Source: Eledone cirrhosa
Lineage: Eukaryota
Length of the DNA stretch: 64,000 nucleotides
Reading direction: 5' to 3'
Assembly: GCA_964016885.1 (NCBI GenBank)
Contig: OZ024741.1
Location: forward strand, 266,786,001 to 266,850,000
This document shows positions 28,232 through 41,462 of the stretch, piece by piece; positions within the stretch are counted from its first letter, which is position 1; each line of letters begins with the position of its first letter. Below the pieces are notes generated by a model. That model saw only the letters and a program-made list of their open reading frames with translations, had not been told where the DNA came from and did not search any database. The translations under genes and the position numbers were made by a program.

Positions 28232-28275
28232 GCTGACAATGTTTCGTCCACACTAAAAGTGGGACTCTTCAGAGC
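28232..28275 (-). ncRNA. Hammerhead ribozyme, family D, canonical GUC site
   Basis: Exact mirror of 29074-29117. Confidence 0.85.
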
Positions 28276-29073
28276 TTAAAGAGTAGATACAGAGTATAGA
28301 AGCATTAACAAATCCAAAACAGAAGAATATAATGTGGGGATATCATAAGGTGGGAGGAATTTAAAGTATTGTTCATGTACAAGATAAGGATTAACGAATA
28401 AAAAAAAAAATAAATAAAAAAAAAAAAAAAAAATAATAATAAATAATAAAAAATAAATAATAAAAAATAAAAAATAAAAAATAAAAAATAGAAAATAAAA
28501 AATAAAAAATAAAATCAAGCAAAAGATAGTGAATATGAGGAATATACTAATACTAATAAGGATACGGATCTAAAATGTTATGACTCACAGTTGGGTAGGG
28601 TTATATTATGACCGGCAATCATGGAAGCAATGATGTGATTGGTTAACACACAGCTACGTATGCATACACTCACATAAAAGTATACGTATAAGCATGAGCA
28701 CCCGCATGCACCTACACGCAAGCACCCATATGCAATACAGAAAGTATACACTAATACAAATAACATATCAAAAACGGATGAGCACATACTCCATACTGTG
28801 ACAAAATATAGCAATAACAGTAGAAACGATGACATATAACATGGAGGAGTACAATATAAAGAAATATAATAAATTATAAAAACGTATAAAAATATGGGAA
28901 CATAAGGACATATAACGGAAGGAACATACATACATGGTAGGAAACTCATAAGGAGTACACCTTATCTTGTACATGAACAATACTTTAAATTCCTCCCACC
29001 TTATGCTATCCCCACATTATATTCTTCTGTTTTGGATTTGTTAATGCTTCTATACTCTGTATCTACTCTTTAA

Positions 29074-29117
29074 GCTCTGAAGAGTCCCACTTTTAGTGTG
29101 GACGAAACATTGTCAGC
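29074..29117 (+). ncRNA. Hammerhead ribozyme, family D, canonical GUC site
   Basis: GCT-CTGAAGA-GTCCCAC(TTTTA)GTGTGGAC-GAAAC-ATT-GTC-AGC. Confidence 0.85.
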
Positions 29118-29255
29118 AATTAAAGATATACCTATGTTCTAAGCGCTCTTTGTTGTTAATTGTATTACGGCTCTGTCTTCAGACATTGGGCTAACCATAT
29201 ACTGCCTATCTGATAAGTTGAGTGTTACACACTCTCAATTTTCTCCTTTATATAA

Positions 29256-29387
<132 letters not shown>

Positions 29388-29639
29388 GGGGGGGGGGGTA
29401 ACGTACAGTTACTGTAGCTTCACCCGAGTGAGCACTCGATGCGTAGTTTCCAGTCGGTAAAGATGTGTAGAACTAAGCAGAGTGTAATTATAATAATAAA
29501 AGGACGATTTGTTATGTATTCATTACGTTTATTGAGTAGTGACACTAGATCTGTATCGATCTAGCCCGAACCTTGAGCTGACCAATAGCGAAACGCGCGT
29601 CACTACACAATAAACTTAATGAAGATATAACAAAACGTA

Positions 29640-29687
<48 letters not shown>

Positions 29688-29989
29688 CTTAGAGCATCCC
29701 TCTGTAAATTTACGTTTCCCAAATATACTATAATATATATATGTATGTGTGTGTGTGTGTATGCGAAAAGTAGATGGCAAACAACGTACCAAACGCTAAT
29801 CCAGGTACATTAGTTTAACGCTTGATATAGTAGAAAAGGAGTCTTAACGTATTGGATGCTAGTCCTTCATCAGAAGATAGAATGAAAAATAAAAGATGAA
29901 ATACAAAGTTAGAAAATGTGGAGGAGAAGGAGAAATTGGGAGCGTGGGGGGAAAAAGCACGTGTGTGTTCAGTCAGCCATTTTGGGTAA

Positions 29990-30020
<31 letters not shown>

Positions 30021-30351
30021 TGTATGTATGTATGTATGTATGTATGTATGTATGTATGTATGTATGTATGTATGTATGTATGCATGTTTCTATGTATATA
30101 TATGTATGTATATACATATGTATGTTCTTCTGTTTTTTTATTTCCCAAAGTTTTACCAATAGAGAGAGAGTCGGTTTCTAACATAGACACAAGACTCTCT
30201 CATTGGAATTTACACAACATCAACTAGGTAGATATGTATTCATGCATGCATGTGTAGATATGGATGTTATTGTATGTGTGGATGTGGATGTTTTGAGTTG
30301 TATGTGTGCATGTGTATATGCTTTGCATCTGTACATGTGTATATGCAGTTA

Positions 30352-32745
30352 TTAGATGCAAAATTTCTGGAATGTTTTACATATTTTTACTGTTCCATTA
30401 ATGGATTGTACTTGTAATTTCCTAACTAGTTGTGTTCTTTCTGTTCCTGTGAAGCCTAGCTTCTCAAGATTTGTGTTGAGGCAGTTACTAACATATCCCA
30501 GTGCCCCAATAATCACAGGCATAAATCTGAGGTGTAATCAGGGTGGAGTATCTGCAGATTTCTCATCAGTTCTGCATAAATATTCTCCTTTTCACTAATC
30601 TTTGATATTATATTGGCATCTGCTGGGCAGCTAATTTCCACTACTGTGCATGTTTTCTTCTCCCTGTCCCATATCATAATATCTGGTCTGTTATGCCTGC
30701 ATTTTATTGGGGTTTTTACTTGAACATTCCACCAGTACTCTTTCAAATTATGTACATGGATGTCTTCCACATTGCTGTAGCTTTTAATGTGTTTATTATC
30801 GGGGCTATCTTTTTTACGAACTGCATTGTACAGTGTTTTGGCCACTACATCATGCCTCATAGGTAGATAGTACCGCGATGACATCTTTGGACAGCTGCTG
30901 ATGGCATTGGTGATATCCTCGATGTTAGTTCTGCAGAGTCTGCACTTGTTATCACATCTAGGTGTTTTGCCTGCATCCCTATCTCTTTTGTGAATCAGGT
31001 ATTTCGTGTTAATCTCCAGTTCTTGGATTGCAAAAGCGTATCCTTCAAAGTGGGAGCCAATATAGCGGTTGTTGGTCCAAGATAGACTACTTTCCTTATC
31101 TATATTACTCTCACTCTGGAGCTCCCTGGCAACATATCCATGCATGATTTTTTGCTGATAAGCATGCAGTTTTTCATCCATAGATTCACTGCGATACTGC
31201 TGGGCGACATCCCTGGGTGTGAGTTTTTGATTATCACACAGGGAATATCTCCCGAGGAGTTCCTTCCCAACTCTCATGATCTTATCTGTTTCATGCAGAT
31301 AGACTTGCTCGAGAAACGGGCTCCTACGCTTCGAGGTTCGTAGATGTTGCCGGAGAGATATGATGCGACATTCAAATGTTGTCTGGACTGATGTTAGGCC
31401 TCTGCCTCCCTGCTTACGTTTCAAGTAAAGGCGGTCTATGTCACTGTTGATGTGGAAGTTTCCGGTGTTGTTTAGTATTTTTCGAGTTCCAACATCAATT
31501 GCTCGGATTTCGTCTATCGTCTATTGAGTATTCCAAACAGCAAACACATTGTGAGCCACTGTTTTGTTTTGCGCAGAGAGTTCTCATGACCAGATCTTTC
31601 TTAATCGGGTGTAGTATTCCCTGGTTACGCGTTCTTTATTACAGATACCATTATAGGATATGTTCTCATCTATCCCCAGGTATCTGTAACAGTCCTCATC
31701 AGATATCGGTGAAACAGTTAGGCCATTGATGACAATGTTGCTAGATTGGGTTGTTGTTTTCCCCCGCTTTACAGTCATGTATGAGCATTTATCTTGGCCA
31801 AACTCCATTCCTATATCCTTTGAGAACGTTGTAACCAGGTCAAGATTTTTCTTCATCCCATCCATGTTCTTGGCATAGAGTTTCAGATCGTCCAAAAGAA
31901 ATTATGGGTTAGGTTCGTATTTCTGTCCTCCTGTGAGCCAATGATGTATCCCTCACATTTCTTGAGCAGAAAGGACAAGGGGTTTAATGACAAGATGAAT
32001 AATATCACAGAGAGACTGTCCCCCTGAAATATGCCACTGCAATATTTTATTTTATCAGTGAAAATAGAGTCCTCCCTCTCTGTCTTTAACCTTCGGATAG
32101 TAGCCCAAGAAGAAGACAGCCTCTCTATGGCTCTGACAATAATGTCTGGGACTTTAGCAAGTTGGAGGGCCTCTATCATCCAAGAGTGGAGAACAGAATC
32201 GAAAGCTTTCCTGTAGTCCAGCCAGACTGTAGTCATATTCCTCCTAAGTTATCGCACCTCCGACATCGCAGTTTTGTTGATTAGGAGTTGTTCAGTACAT
32301 CCCCAAGCCCCTTTCTTTCCAGCTGCTTGTTCATCTGTGATAATGTTATTATTTTCACAGAGATCTTGGAGGAATAGGTTCAGGCAGGCTGTATACATCT
32401 TATACATCAGGTTCTGGCATGCAATGGGTCGGTAGTTTTTTGCCAAGTGGGTGTCTTTGTTCTTGGGGACCAGTAATGTTTGTGCTAATGTCAACCATTC
32501 TGGTATAAGTGTATCTCCCTTAAGAACTTGTTGGTAGAAGTCAGACCTGCGATAGAATATCAATTTTTTGTACCAGTTGTTTGTACCAGCAAGAGAGATA
32601 GTTATACATGAATTAATTTCTCTCTGGAAGATTTCGTTGAGGGAAATTTTCAATTGTTTATACTTTTGATTATTATCATTATCGATAGTATTTTCCACAA
32701 CAGTCGAGGTAGACTCGGATGGTACATGTGGTGTCAAATTTCTTC
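30352..32745 (-). mobile_element. Decayed R4/Dong-like non-LTR retrotransposon (RT + CCHC + REL endonuclease), 5' truncated, with frameshifts
   Basis: Motifs NYRPIAC, WLDYRKAFDSV, GIFQGDSLS, DDLKLYAK, YRYLGI, GGRGL, CRLC...C...RHD and NRPDIMIWD...VVEISCP, spread across four ORF pieces. Confidence 0.92.
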
Positions 32746-33208
32746 GATTGTATGTATGTATGTATGTATGTATGTATGTATGTATGTATGTATGTATGTA
32801 TGTATGTATGTATGTATGTATGTATGTATGTATGTATATGCCTGCATGTTTCTATGTATGTATATACACATGTATGTACGTATATATGCATGCATGTTTG
32901 TATGTATATATGTATTTATATACATATGTATGTATGCTTGATTTCATTGCTGAAGGACCTCATTTTATACAATGACACAAAGGGCCCTTTTATAGATAAT
33001 ATATGTGCATACATATATACGCGTATGTATATAGCTATATATTCTCATATTCCAATAGAGATAAGACAAATAAGCTGTCAGTTTCTACATGTATACAGTA
33101 GTGTGTCTAAACTTGCGTGAAATTAACTCACTTGTTATGAAGTAAATAATATATTTACTGCACTTCCTCTGGCTTTTCTGCAGTTTATTTTGAAACCGAG
33201 AGTGTATT

Positions 33209-33270
<62 letters not shown>

Positions 33271-33398
33271 AAAGTTCTATTTAAAGTTGTTGGGATACAA
33301 CAAGTAAATATTTTTATAACTGATATAAAGCACTCGACAAATTTTTGGAGTAGATATACGATATTAACAAATGGAAACTATATTTATAAAACCATATT

Positions 33399-33463
33399 TA
33401 TTTCATTATACATATTTCAGGGATACCACATTAAATTATGGTATGCCTTCATCAGACAAAATA
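33399..33463 (-). ncRNA. Hammerhead ribozyme, family A
   Basis: TATTTTGT-CTGATGA-stem II-GAAA-TATGTA-TA-ATGAAATA. Confidence 0.78.
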
Positions 33464-33516
33464 CAATATATAACAGTTTTACATATATATATACAATATA
33501 TAACTGTTATATATTG

Positions 33517-33581
33517 TATGTTGTCTGATGAAGGCATATCATAATTTAATGTGGTATCCCTGAAATATGTATAATGAAATA
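33517..33581 (+). ncRNA. Hammerhead ribozyme, family A
   Basis: CTGATGA at 33525, GAAA at 33562, paired stem II. Confidence 0.75.
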
Positions 33582-33620
33582 AATATGGTTTTATAAATAT
33601 AGTTTCCATTTATTAATATC

Positions 33621-33621
<1 letters not shown>

Positions 33622-33675
<54 letters not shown>

Positions 33676-33743
33676 TATGTTTATATATGTGTATATATGT
33701 ATGCATATATATATATATGCATACATATATACACATATATATA

Positions 33744-33841
<98 letters not shown>

Positions 33842-34050
33842 TATATACACATATATACATATATATATATATACATATATATATACATATATATATGTAC
33901 ACATATATATATATATATACACATATATACATATAAATATATATACATATATATATACATATATACATACATATATACATATATATATACATACATATAT
34001 ATACATATATATATATATATACATATATATACATATATATATATATGTAC

Positions 34051-34081
<31 letters not shown>

Positions 34082-34098
34082 CATATATATATATGTAC

Positions 34099-34129
<31 letters not shown>

Positions 34130-34144
34130 CATATATACATATAC

Positions 34145-34193
<49 letters not shown>

Positions 34194-34560
34194 TATATAC
34201 ACATATATATACATATATATATATATACATACATATATATATATACATATACATATATATATATACATATATACATATATATATATACATATATATATAT
34301 ACATATATATACATATATATACATACATATATACATACATATATACATATATATATATATACATATATACATACATATAGATGTATATATATACACATAT
34401 ATATAAATATATATACATACATATAAACATGTACATACATATATGTATATATTTAAAAATGCACACACACATATATATATACACATACACACACACACAT
34501 ATGTATATATATATATATGTGTGTGTGTGTGTATGTGTGTGCATTTTTAAATATATACAT
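33622..34560. repeat. Long degenerate (TA)n/(TACA) tract
   Basis: Direct reading. Confidence 0.95.
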
Positions 34561-34588
34561 ATTATATGTATGTATATATATTTATAGT

Positions 34589-34923
34589 GGAGGCACATGG
34601 CTTAGTGGTTAGAGCATTGGCCTTGCAATCGAAAGGTTGTGAGTTCAATTCTCAGACCGGGTGATGTGTTGTTTCCTTGAGCAAGACACTTTATTTCACA
34701 TTGCTCCGGTTTACTCAGCTGTAGAAATGAGATGATAGGGACCCCAGTCCCTATCATTCCACTGCGAAGTGGTCGTGGAGGTGCCACGGCAAAAAAGCAC
34801 CCAGCACTCACTGTAAATGAGGTTGGTGTTAGGAAGGGCACCCAACTGTAGAAATCAAGCCAGAATCAGTTCCCGTCCCACCCTTGCAAGCAGGGAAAAA
34901 GCGGACGTAAATGAAATGATGAT
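34589..34923 (+). mobile_element. tRNA-derived SINE
   Basis: A box TGGCTTAGTGG, B box GAGTTCAATTC and the CCTTGAGCAAGACACTTTATTTCAC core. Confidence 0.8.
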
Positions 34924-35188
34924 ATATGTGTATATATATACATTTATATGTATGTATATATGTATATATATTTATATATATGTTATATATATATATATAT
35001 GTGTATATATGTATATATATATATGTATATATATGTGTATATATATGTATATATATGTATATATATGTATATATATAAATATGCATATATATGTGTATAT
35101 ATGTATGCATATATATATACACACACATATATAAACATATATATATATATATATTTAGTTATGTAATAAACAACATAAGATAATTATT

Positions 35189-35244
35189 TCATTTACCAGT
35201 GGTTTCTTGAAAGCAAACAAATTTGCTTTCAGTCATCAGAATGA
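35189..35244 (-). ncRNA. Hammerhead ribozyme, family E
   Basis: Mirror of 35351-35406. Confidence 0.78.
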
Positions 35245-35350
35245 AAAAATCCTGGTGTATTTATTGACAGTGGATTTGAAAAACAAAAATATAAGATATA
35301 TTATATTTTTGTTTTTCAAATCCACTGTCAATAAATACACCAGGATTTTC

Positions 35351-35406
35351 TCATTCTGATGACTGAAAGCAAATTTGTTTGTTTTCAAGAAACCACTGGT
35401 AAATGA
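35351..35406 (+). ncRNA. Hammerhead ribozyme, family E, GUA site
   Basis: TCATT-CTGATGA-CTGAAAGCAAA/TTTGTTTTCAA-GAAACC-ACT-GGTA-AATGA. Confidence 0.78.
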
Positions 35407-35505
35407 AATAATTATCTTATGTTGTTTATTACATAACTAATAAGCTCTGTAACCTACATAGAGCACTCTCTTTTCCTGGACCTTTCCGACGGAATTACTT
35501 CATTC

Positions 35506-35547
<42 letters not shown>

Positions 35548-35561
35548 ATATATATATATAT

Positions 35562-36178
35562 AAAAATAAATTTGAAGACTAAAATCCAAAGAGGGCTCGA
35601 TAAGGATAAATATATATCAAATATAAAAGAACCGTAGAGAAAATATTTATTAAAATAACAGATTAAAGTTTAAGCAAAGAATCGCTGCTTTCACCCTTAA
35701 CGGGATCTTCTGAAACTAACAAAGTCAATCTGTAAACGCAGAACTGGATATTTCAAAAAACGTTGCAACCGGAGGAAAACAGGAAGACGATACTTTGGTT
35801 CGTGGAAACGTTCGCTGGCGAAGAACGGGAAAAAACGAATAATACGTCATTAATAGGAGCGGTGAAAACCATTTACGCGCAAAGACAGAACCACGTTTAT
35901 GGTATAAAAGAGGTCGTAGACTAATGTTCTCTTAGGTGGTGCATAGAGACGTTCTCTGGCAATGAACGAAAAAACGAAGATAAGTATTATTCGTTTTTTC
36001 CCGTTCTTCGCCAGCGAACGTTTCCACGAACCAAAGTATCGTCTTCCTGTCTTCCTCCGGTTGCAACGTTTTTTGAAATATCCAGTTCTGCGTTTACAGA
36101 TTGACTTTGTTAGTTTCAGAAGATCCTGTTAAGGGTGAAAGCAGCGATTCTTTGCTTAAACTTTAATCTGTTATTTTA

Positions 36179-36187
<9 letters not shown>
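35562..36187. mobile_element. Fold-back TA-embedded element, ~200-bp inverted arms plus tail
   Basis: 35643-35845 is inverted at 35984-36187. A partial copy lies at 62260-62444. Confidence 0.8.
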
Positions 36188-36261
<74 letters not shown>

Positions 36262-36338
36262 AACATACAAATATACGCATACATACGTATATATACACAC
36301 ACACACATATAGTGTATGTATGTGTGTATGTATGTATC

Positions 36339-36393
<55 letters not shown>

Positions 36394-36413
36394 GTATATA
36401 TATATGTATACAT

Positions 36414-36444
<31 letters not shown>

Positions 36445-36743
36445 CATACATACATACATACATACATACATACATACATACATACATACATGTTTGTGTG
36501 TGTGTGTGATATATCATCAGTAATTGACTTGACGTGGTTCTCTTTAGTTAAAAATATTACAACGACGGCTTTCAACATTTCAGCCATAAAGAATTACTAT
36601 TACACTTAACTAACAATGTTCTTTATGTTACCATTATATGTAAATATACGTCTAGTTATCTGTCTATCTCTCTGTCTGTCTGTCTGTCTGTCTATCTGTC
36701 TGTCTGTCTATCTGTCTATCTGTCTGTCTGTCTGTCTATCTGT

Positions 36744-37100
36744 CTTCAAATACCACTTTAGAAGAAGAATCAGGATGGAGAGGGAGGTGCTGTACCCCAA
36801 CAAGTTTTATGAAAGGTGGGTGAAAGTGGCGAGAATGGCCCGAGTGAATGGGCCTTCTCTCTATATCAGCCTGTAGGTTGAGGAAAAGGAGGCGGAGAGA
36901 AAAGGGGTACAAACTCAGTTGAGGGTTGCACATTTTTTCGGGGGTATGTGTTACCCATATGAACTGTCTCCCCCTATTGGGGAAAATCGATTAATTTTTA
37001 AATTGCATTTGTGATAGTATTTTACACATTTTTATTGTATGTAAACTTCCCCCTTTGTATTTGTCCCCTTCTTTTGTGCCCCTGTGGCTAATAAAGAAAT
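36744..37100 (+). mobile_element. Tx1/L1-like LINE 3' end within (TCTG/TCTA)n
   Basis: Same family as 57511-58136. Confidence 0.75.
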
Positions 37101-37103
37101 ATA

Positions 37104-37142
<39 letters not shown>

Positions 37143-37143
37143 G

Positions 37144-37184
<41 letters not shown>

Positions 37185-37314
37185 ATCTATATATATATGA
37201 ATCTGTGTCTATCTGTCTATTTGTCTATTTATATGTTTATATATATGTGTGTGTGAGTGTGTGTGTATGTCTGAGTATGTGTTCATATTTGTGTATGTAT
37301 TGGCAGGAGTATAT

Positions 37315-38080
37315 TATACCACCAACACCACCATCAACACCACCATCACTATCAATACACCACCAACACCACCACCAACACCACCATCACTATCAATACA
37401 CCACCAACACCACCATCAACACCACCAACACAACCATCAACACCTCCATCACTATCAATACACCACCAACACCACCATCAACACCACCATCAACACCACC
37501 ATCACTATCAATACACCACCAACACCACCACCAACACCACCAACACCACCATCAACACAGCCAACACCACTACTACCATTATACCACCACCGCTACCAAC
37601 ACACCACCACCACCACCACCACCAGCAGCACCACCAACACCACCACCAACACCACCAACATCACCACCAACACCACCACTACCATTACACCACCACCAAC
37701 ACAACACCACTTCCACCAACATCCTTAACACCATCAACACCACCACCAACACAACACCATTTCCACCAACATCCTCAACACCATCAACACCATCAACACC
37801 AACACAACACCACCTCCACCAATACCAACACCAACATCCCCCAACACCATCAGCACCACCACCAACACCACCATCAACACAGCCAACACCACTACTACCA
37901 TTATACCACCACCACTACCAACACACCACCACCAACACCACCAACAACACAACACCACCAATACCAATACCAACATCCCCAACACCATCAGCATCACTAA
38001 TACAGCACCAATACCGACAACGCCAATACCACCACCACCACCTCCACCACCACCGCCGCCACCACCGCCGCCACCACCAG
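37315..38080 (+). repeat. (CAC/CAA)-rich low-complexity repeat
   Basis: Direct reading. Confidence 0.9.
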
Positions 38081-38742
38081 AAGCCATCTTTAACATTTGG
38101 CTCTGTGACATTTAAACAAGTCTTATTGTTTATTTGTGCTCAGCAAGTACGAAAGTGACGAAGTGACATTCTCGAAGTATCTGGGAGTATCTGGGAAGCA
38201 TCGTAGCAATTATTTGTAAAAGACATACAGTCCGTAGCTGTGTTGTCATTTGTGGACAAGACAAGTATTTCCGCATCACTTCACTGCTTCGTTGCTTCAT
38301 TCAGCCAGTCATTCATTGAAGGACTGGCAAAGGTGCTCTTTCTAATATTGTTCAGGATTGTTACTTTGTAGTTCTGTTGTACGGATCGAAGTCTTTACCC
38401 CCCCCCCCCCCCCACACACACATATATATACCCCCTCCCCCGTCTCTCTCTCTCTATATATATATATATAATTATTTGATGGTTAATAATTATTTGCTTA
38501 ATTAAATTTTTCATTGAGCCACACCGTGAAAGGTAGCCACACTCATATGTATCTGTGATTATGTCTAAATATATGTCTAAATATATACATATATCCCTAT
38601 GAATTCATTATATATATATGTGTTACTGCTTATATATATTTAAAGCGATGAAATGCCTGGGACGGTTGGAGGGTCACTGATGAAGGACTTACTTTTTCAT
38701 ATGCACCACCATTTGCAACGCGCAGCCATCATTATTATCATA

Positions 38743-38773
<31 letters not shown>

Positions 38774-38802
38774 GTAGTAACACAACAGTTAGTTCACCAT
38801 AC

Positions 38803-38840
38803 CGAGAACAATTGTTTCACCTTAGCAGATCTTCAGCTCG
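38803..38840 (-). ncRNA. Hammerhead motif, family G (weak stem II)
   Basis: CGAG-CTGAAGA-TCTGCTAAGGT-GAAA-CAATTG-TT-CTCG. The same family forms a hairpin at ~62515-62626. Confidence 0.58.
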
Positions 38841-38980
38841 TACTGTTCATGGTTATAAATATATGTGAAAAATTCAGGTCCCGACTTTACTACCCCAAGT
38901 ATAGAGTACTTTGGTGAGTAATGGTCTAACCGGTTTTCACCGTTTCCATTCTGATATATATGTGTGTATGTATATATATA

Positions 38981-39040
<60 letters not shown>

Positions 39041-39453
39041 TGTATGTATGTATGTATGTATGTATGTATGTATGTATGTATGTATGTATGTATGGATGTA
39101 TGTAAAAGGTAAACAGAAATAACAACACAATCGGTACAGTATATGGAAGGAATATATTAGGTTAACACTTGAAATAGCAGGAAGAGGTTCTTAACGTTTT
39201 GGACGCTAGTCCTTCATCAGAAGAAAGAATGAGAAATAAGTTGGATTGAGGGGACGGGCGGGTTGAAATTGGAAAAAATGTCTTTAGATTAAAATAACAG
39301 GTCCACTCATGTTGACATCTCTTGCAAAACTGTTGGTGCTGGCGTTTTGTGTATGATTTATTTTTTTTAGAAAAGTGGATGATGGAGCGCGTCTACCTGA
39401 AATGGAAAAAAAAACGTTTTGTAAAAAGAGTTATACTTGTGCACATGCGTAAG

Positions 39454-39543
<90 letters not shown>

Positions 39544-39728
39544 ACGTCCGTACGAAGCTACGTGTGTGAATCCCGGGTTCAATCTGGGGGAAACCACAGT
39601 AAGTAAAGTTCTCAATACAATAGTAGAATGTAAACATCACATTTAATGTAGAAATGGTTTCTTCGGGACTATAACTGTTTGATTCATGAATGAAACAGTT
39701 CTAGTCACGTAGAAGCCATTTCTATATT

Positions 39729-39796
<68 letters not shown>

Positions 39797-40496
39797 AAAG
39801 AAATAAAAAAACGCTTACATACTCAAACAGTTTTTATTTGCTGACAATGTTTCATCCATACCGTTGGGCAGGAATCATCACAGCTTAATAAACAAAAATA
39901 CAGTGTTGAGTATAAGCTCTACTAAGCTTAGTCACACAAACAATTGGAATACAATAGAGAGTAAAAATAGGGAGATCGAAGATGGCGAATAAGGAGAGAG
40001 TACATGTTGGGGTTGTTATTAAGCACTACAGCTAAATGCTAGGGTACAGGCAGATGTTTTCACAAGATGCAGATGCAAGTGATGGCACACAAAAGCAAAA
40101 AGTATAAACAATGGTTAAAACATATAATAAAAAAGTAAAAGGAAGATAATATAGAGAGATAAAAAATAAATAAAAAAGATAAAAAATTTTAAAAGAAAAA
40201 AAGAAAAAAGAAAAAGTTTTAAGCACATAAAAAGCCAGAGGAAGTTAAGCACTGGTCCCTATCTATAACAGGTGAATAAGATCTGGGTAACAACAATTAG
40301 AATACAACAATACAACGATTAAGGAGATTTAAGTTCAGATACACACACACTCACATGTACCCCCTTTTCATTTTCTAATCTCTGAACATTTGTACTTCTG
40401 ATCAGCGACTAACCCCCGATACGTCTTTCATCCAAAGCGTGAAACTAATAAGACTAATTGTATTTTTATCCGTTTTGTCTTTATATATACATATAT

Positions 40497-41050
40497 ATGG
40501 TCGGGTCGTTGGCGACTAAACTGGCAACCCCACCAAGGTTTCTTGGTGAGGAGGGTGACTTTGGACATCCTGCAGGACTAAAAACAAAACCTGTCAAAGG
40601 ACAAAGGAACTCTAAGAGTCAATGGCCATCCAAAATCACCGGGAGAGATGACCCCTTAGCCTTTGTCAAGGCAAAATTCTAGGAGAAGGAAAACTCTGAT
40701 ATAACACCTGCAACCCTGATGGTATCCAATGATGTTGACTTGTTCTTCTTTTTGGTAAATATCATCTTGGTTAAGAGAGTGGGACTGGCTTTGTGCAGTG
40801 CCTTTGCTCACTATAAAAGCTTCACGGCACAGGCATTGCTTTATATCTGGAGATCTCTCTGCACTTGTCGTCACATGGTACCATGGACCCAACACTATGT
40901 GTCAATAATTGTCACAAGTGTCGTGTTTGTACCAGAGTTTTCAAGTCGCTGGCTGGACTAAAAAGTCACACTCGTTCAGCGCATCGCTAGGGGTTCTCCT
41001 ACATGGATATAAAGTAGTGGCCGTACTCGAAAACGAGTTGGCAGCCACCA
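40497..41050 (+). mobile_element. Bipartite RTE-derived element (5' UTR-like part, C-terminal C2H2 finger and tail)
   Basis: ~40910-40990 encodes HKCRVCTRVFKSLAGLKSHTRSAHR*, like RTE-BovB C-termini. Confidence 0.6.
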
Positions 41051-41414
41051 TACATATATATATATTTATATAATTTAAAACAATGAAATAAAAATTCAAG
41101 TCTAGAAACGATCGTAAAACAGTGAAGTATATATATATATATGATGAGCATGTGTGTGTTTATATAGCACTCGGTTCAGCAGAGTCATTGGAGCGTTTGA
41201 TATTTGTTCCGGGTTCAAATCTCGTCCAGGTCTTTTTTGGAAAGTAGTAGCCCACAAGCCTTTCAGCTGTTACGCCCTAATTGTTCCACATGTCCATAGG
41301 TCCGAGGAATGGAAGGAAGGAGCATCAAGAATGTGCCACTTGCTGCATGGACACCTAAAACCATCAGTGAAAGTATAGTACATACTACCAAGTTATATTC
41401 GATTGTGAGTGACA

Positions 41415-41456
<42 letters not shown>

Positions 41457-41462
<6 letters not shown>

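Larger units (their letters stand above)
28184..29250. mobile_element. Fold-back PLE-like insert (family D), 206-bp inverted arms plus tail
   Basis: 28184-28389 is the near-perfect reverse complement of 28960-29165, with a tail at 29166-29250. TA flanks. Confidence 0.82.
33270..33625. mobile_element. Fold-back PLE pLTR-only insert (family A)
   Basis: Arms ~33354-33477 and ~33501-33625, tail ~33270-33353. Homologous to the ends of 3960-6160. Confidence 0.82.
35155..35510. mobile_element. Fold-back PLE-like insert (family E), ~140-bp arms plus tail
   Basis: 35155-35293 is inverted at 35301-35440. The tail at 35441-35510 matches the reverse complement of ~1720-1771 and ~6279-6330. Confidence 0.82.

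Noticed and set aside
29510-29635. GAAACGCGCGTC hammerhead half in a small IR
   Set aside because: CUGANGA is absent; kept only as evidence for palindromic stem III.
33539-34598. YI/CV-repeat ORFs here and throughout the window
   Set aside because: Dinucleotide microsatellite artefacts.
34589-34660. Possible tRNA genes (also at 17545 and 42038)
   Set aside because: A and B boxes are present, but there is no complete cloverleaf and they continue into SINE bodies.
37055-38158. 367-aa mucin/Pro-His-rich ORF
   Set aside because: Starts in a LINE 3' UTR and runs through microsatellites.
40395-40455. CTGATCA...GAAAC motif
   Set aside because: The core is mutated and stem II is not convincing.
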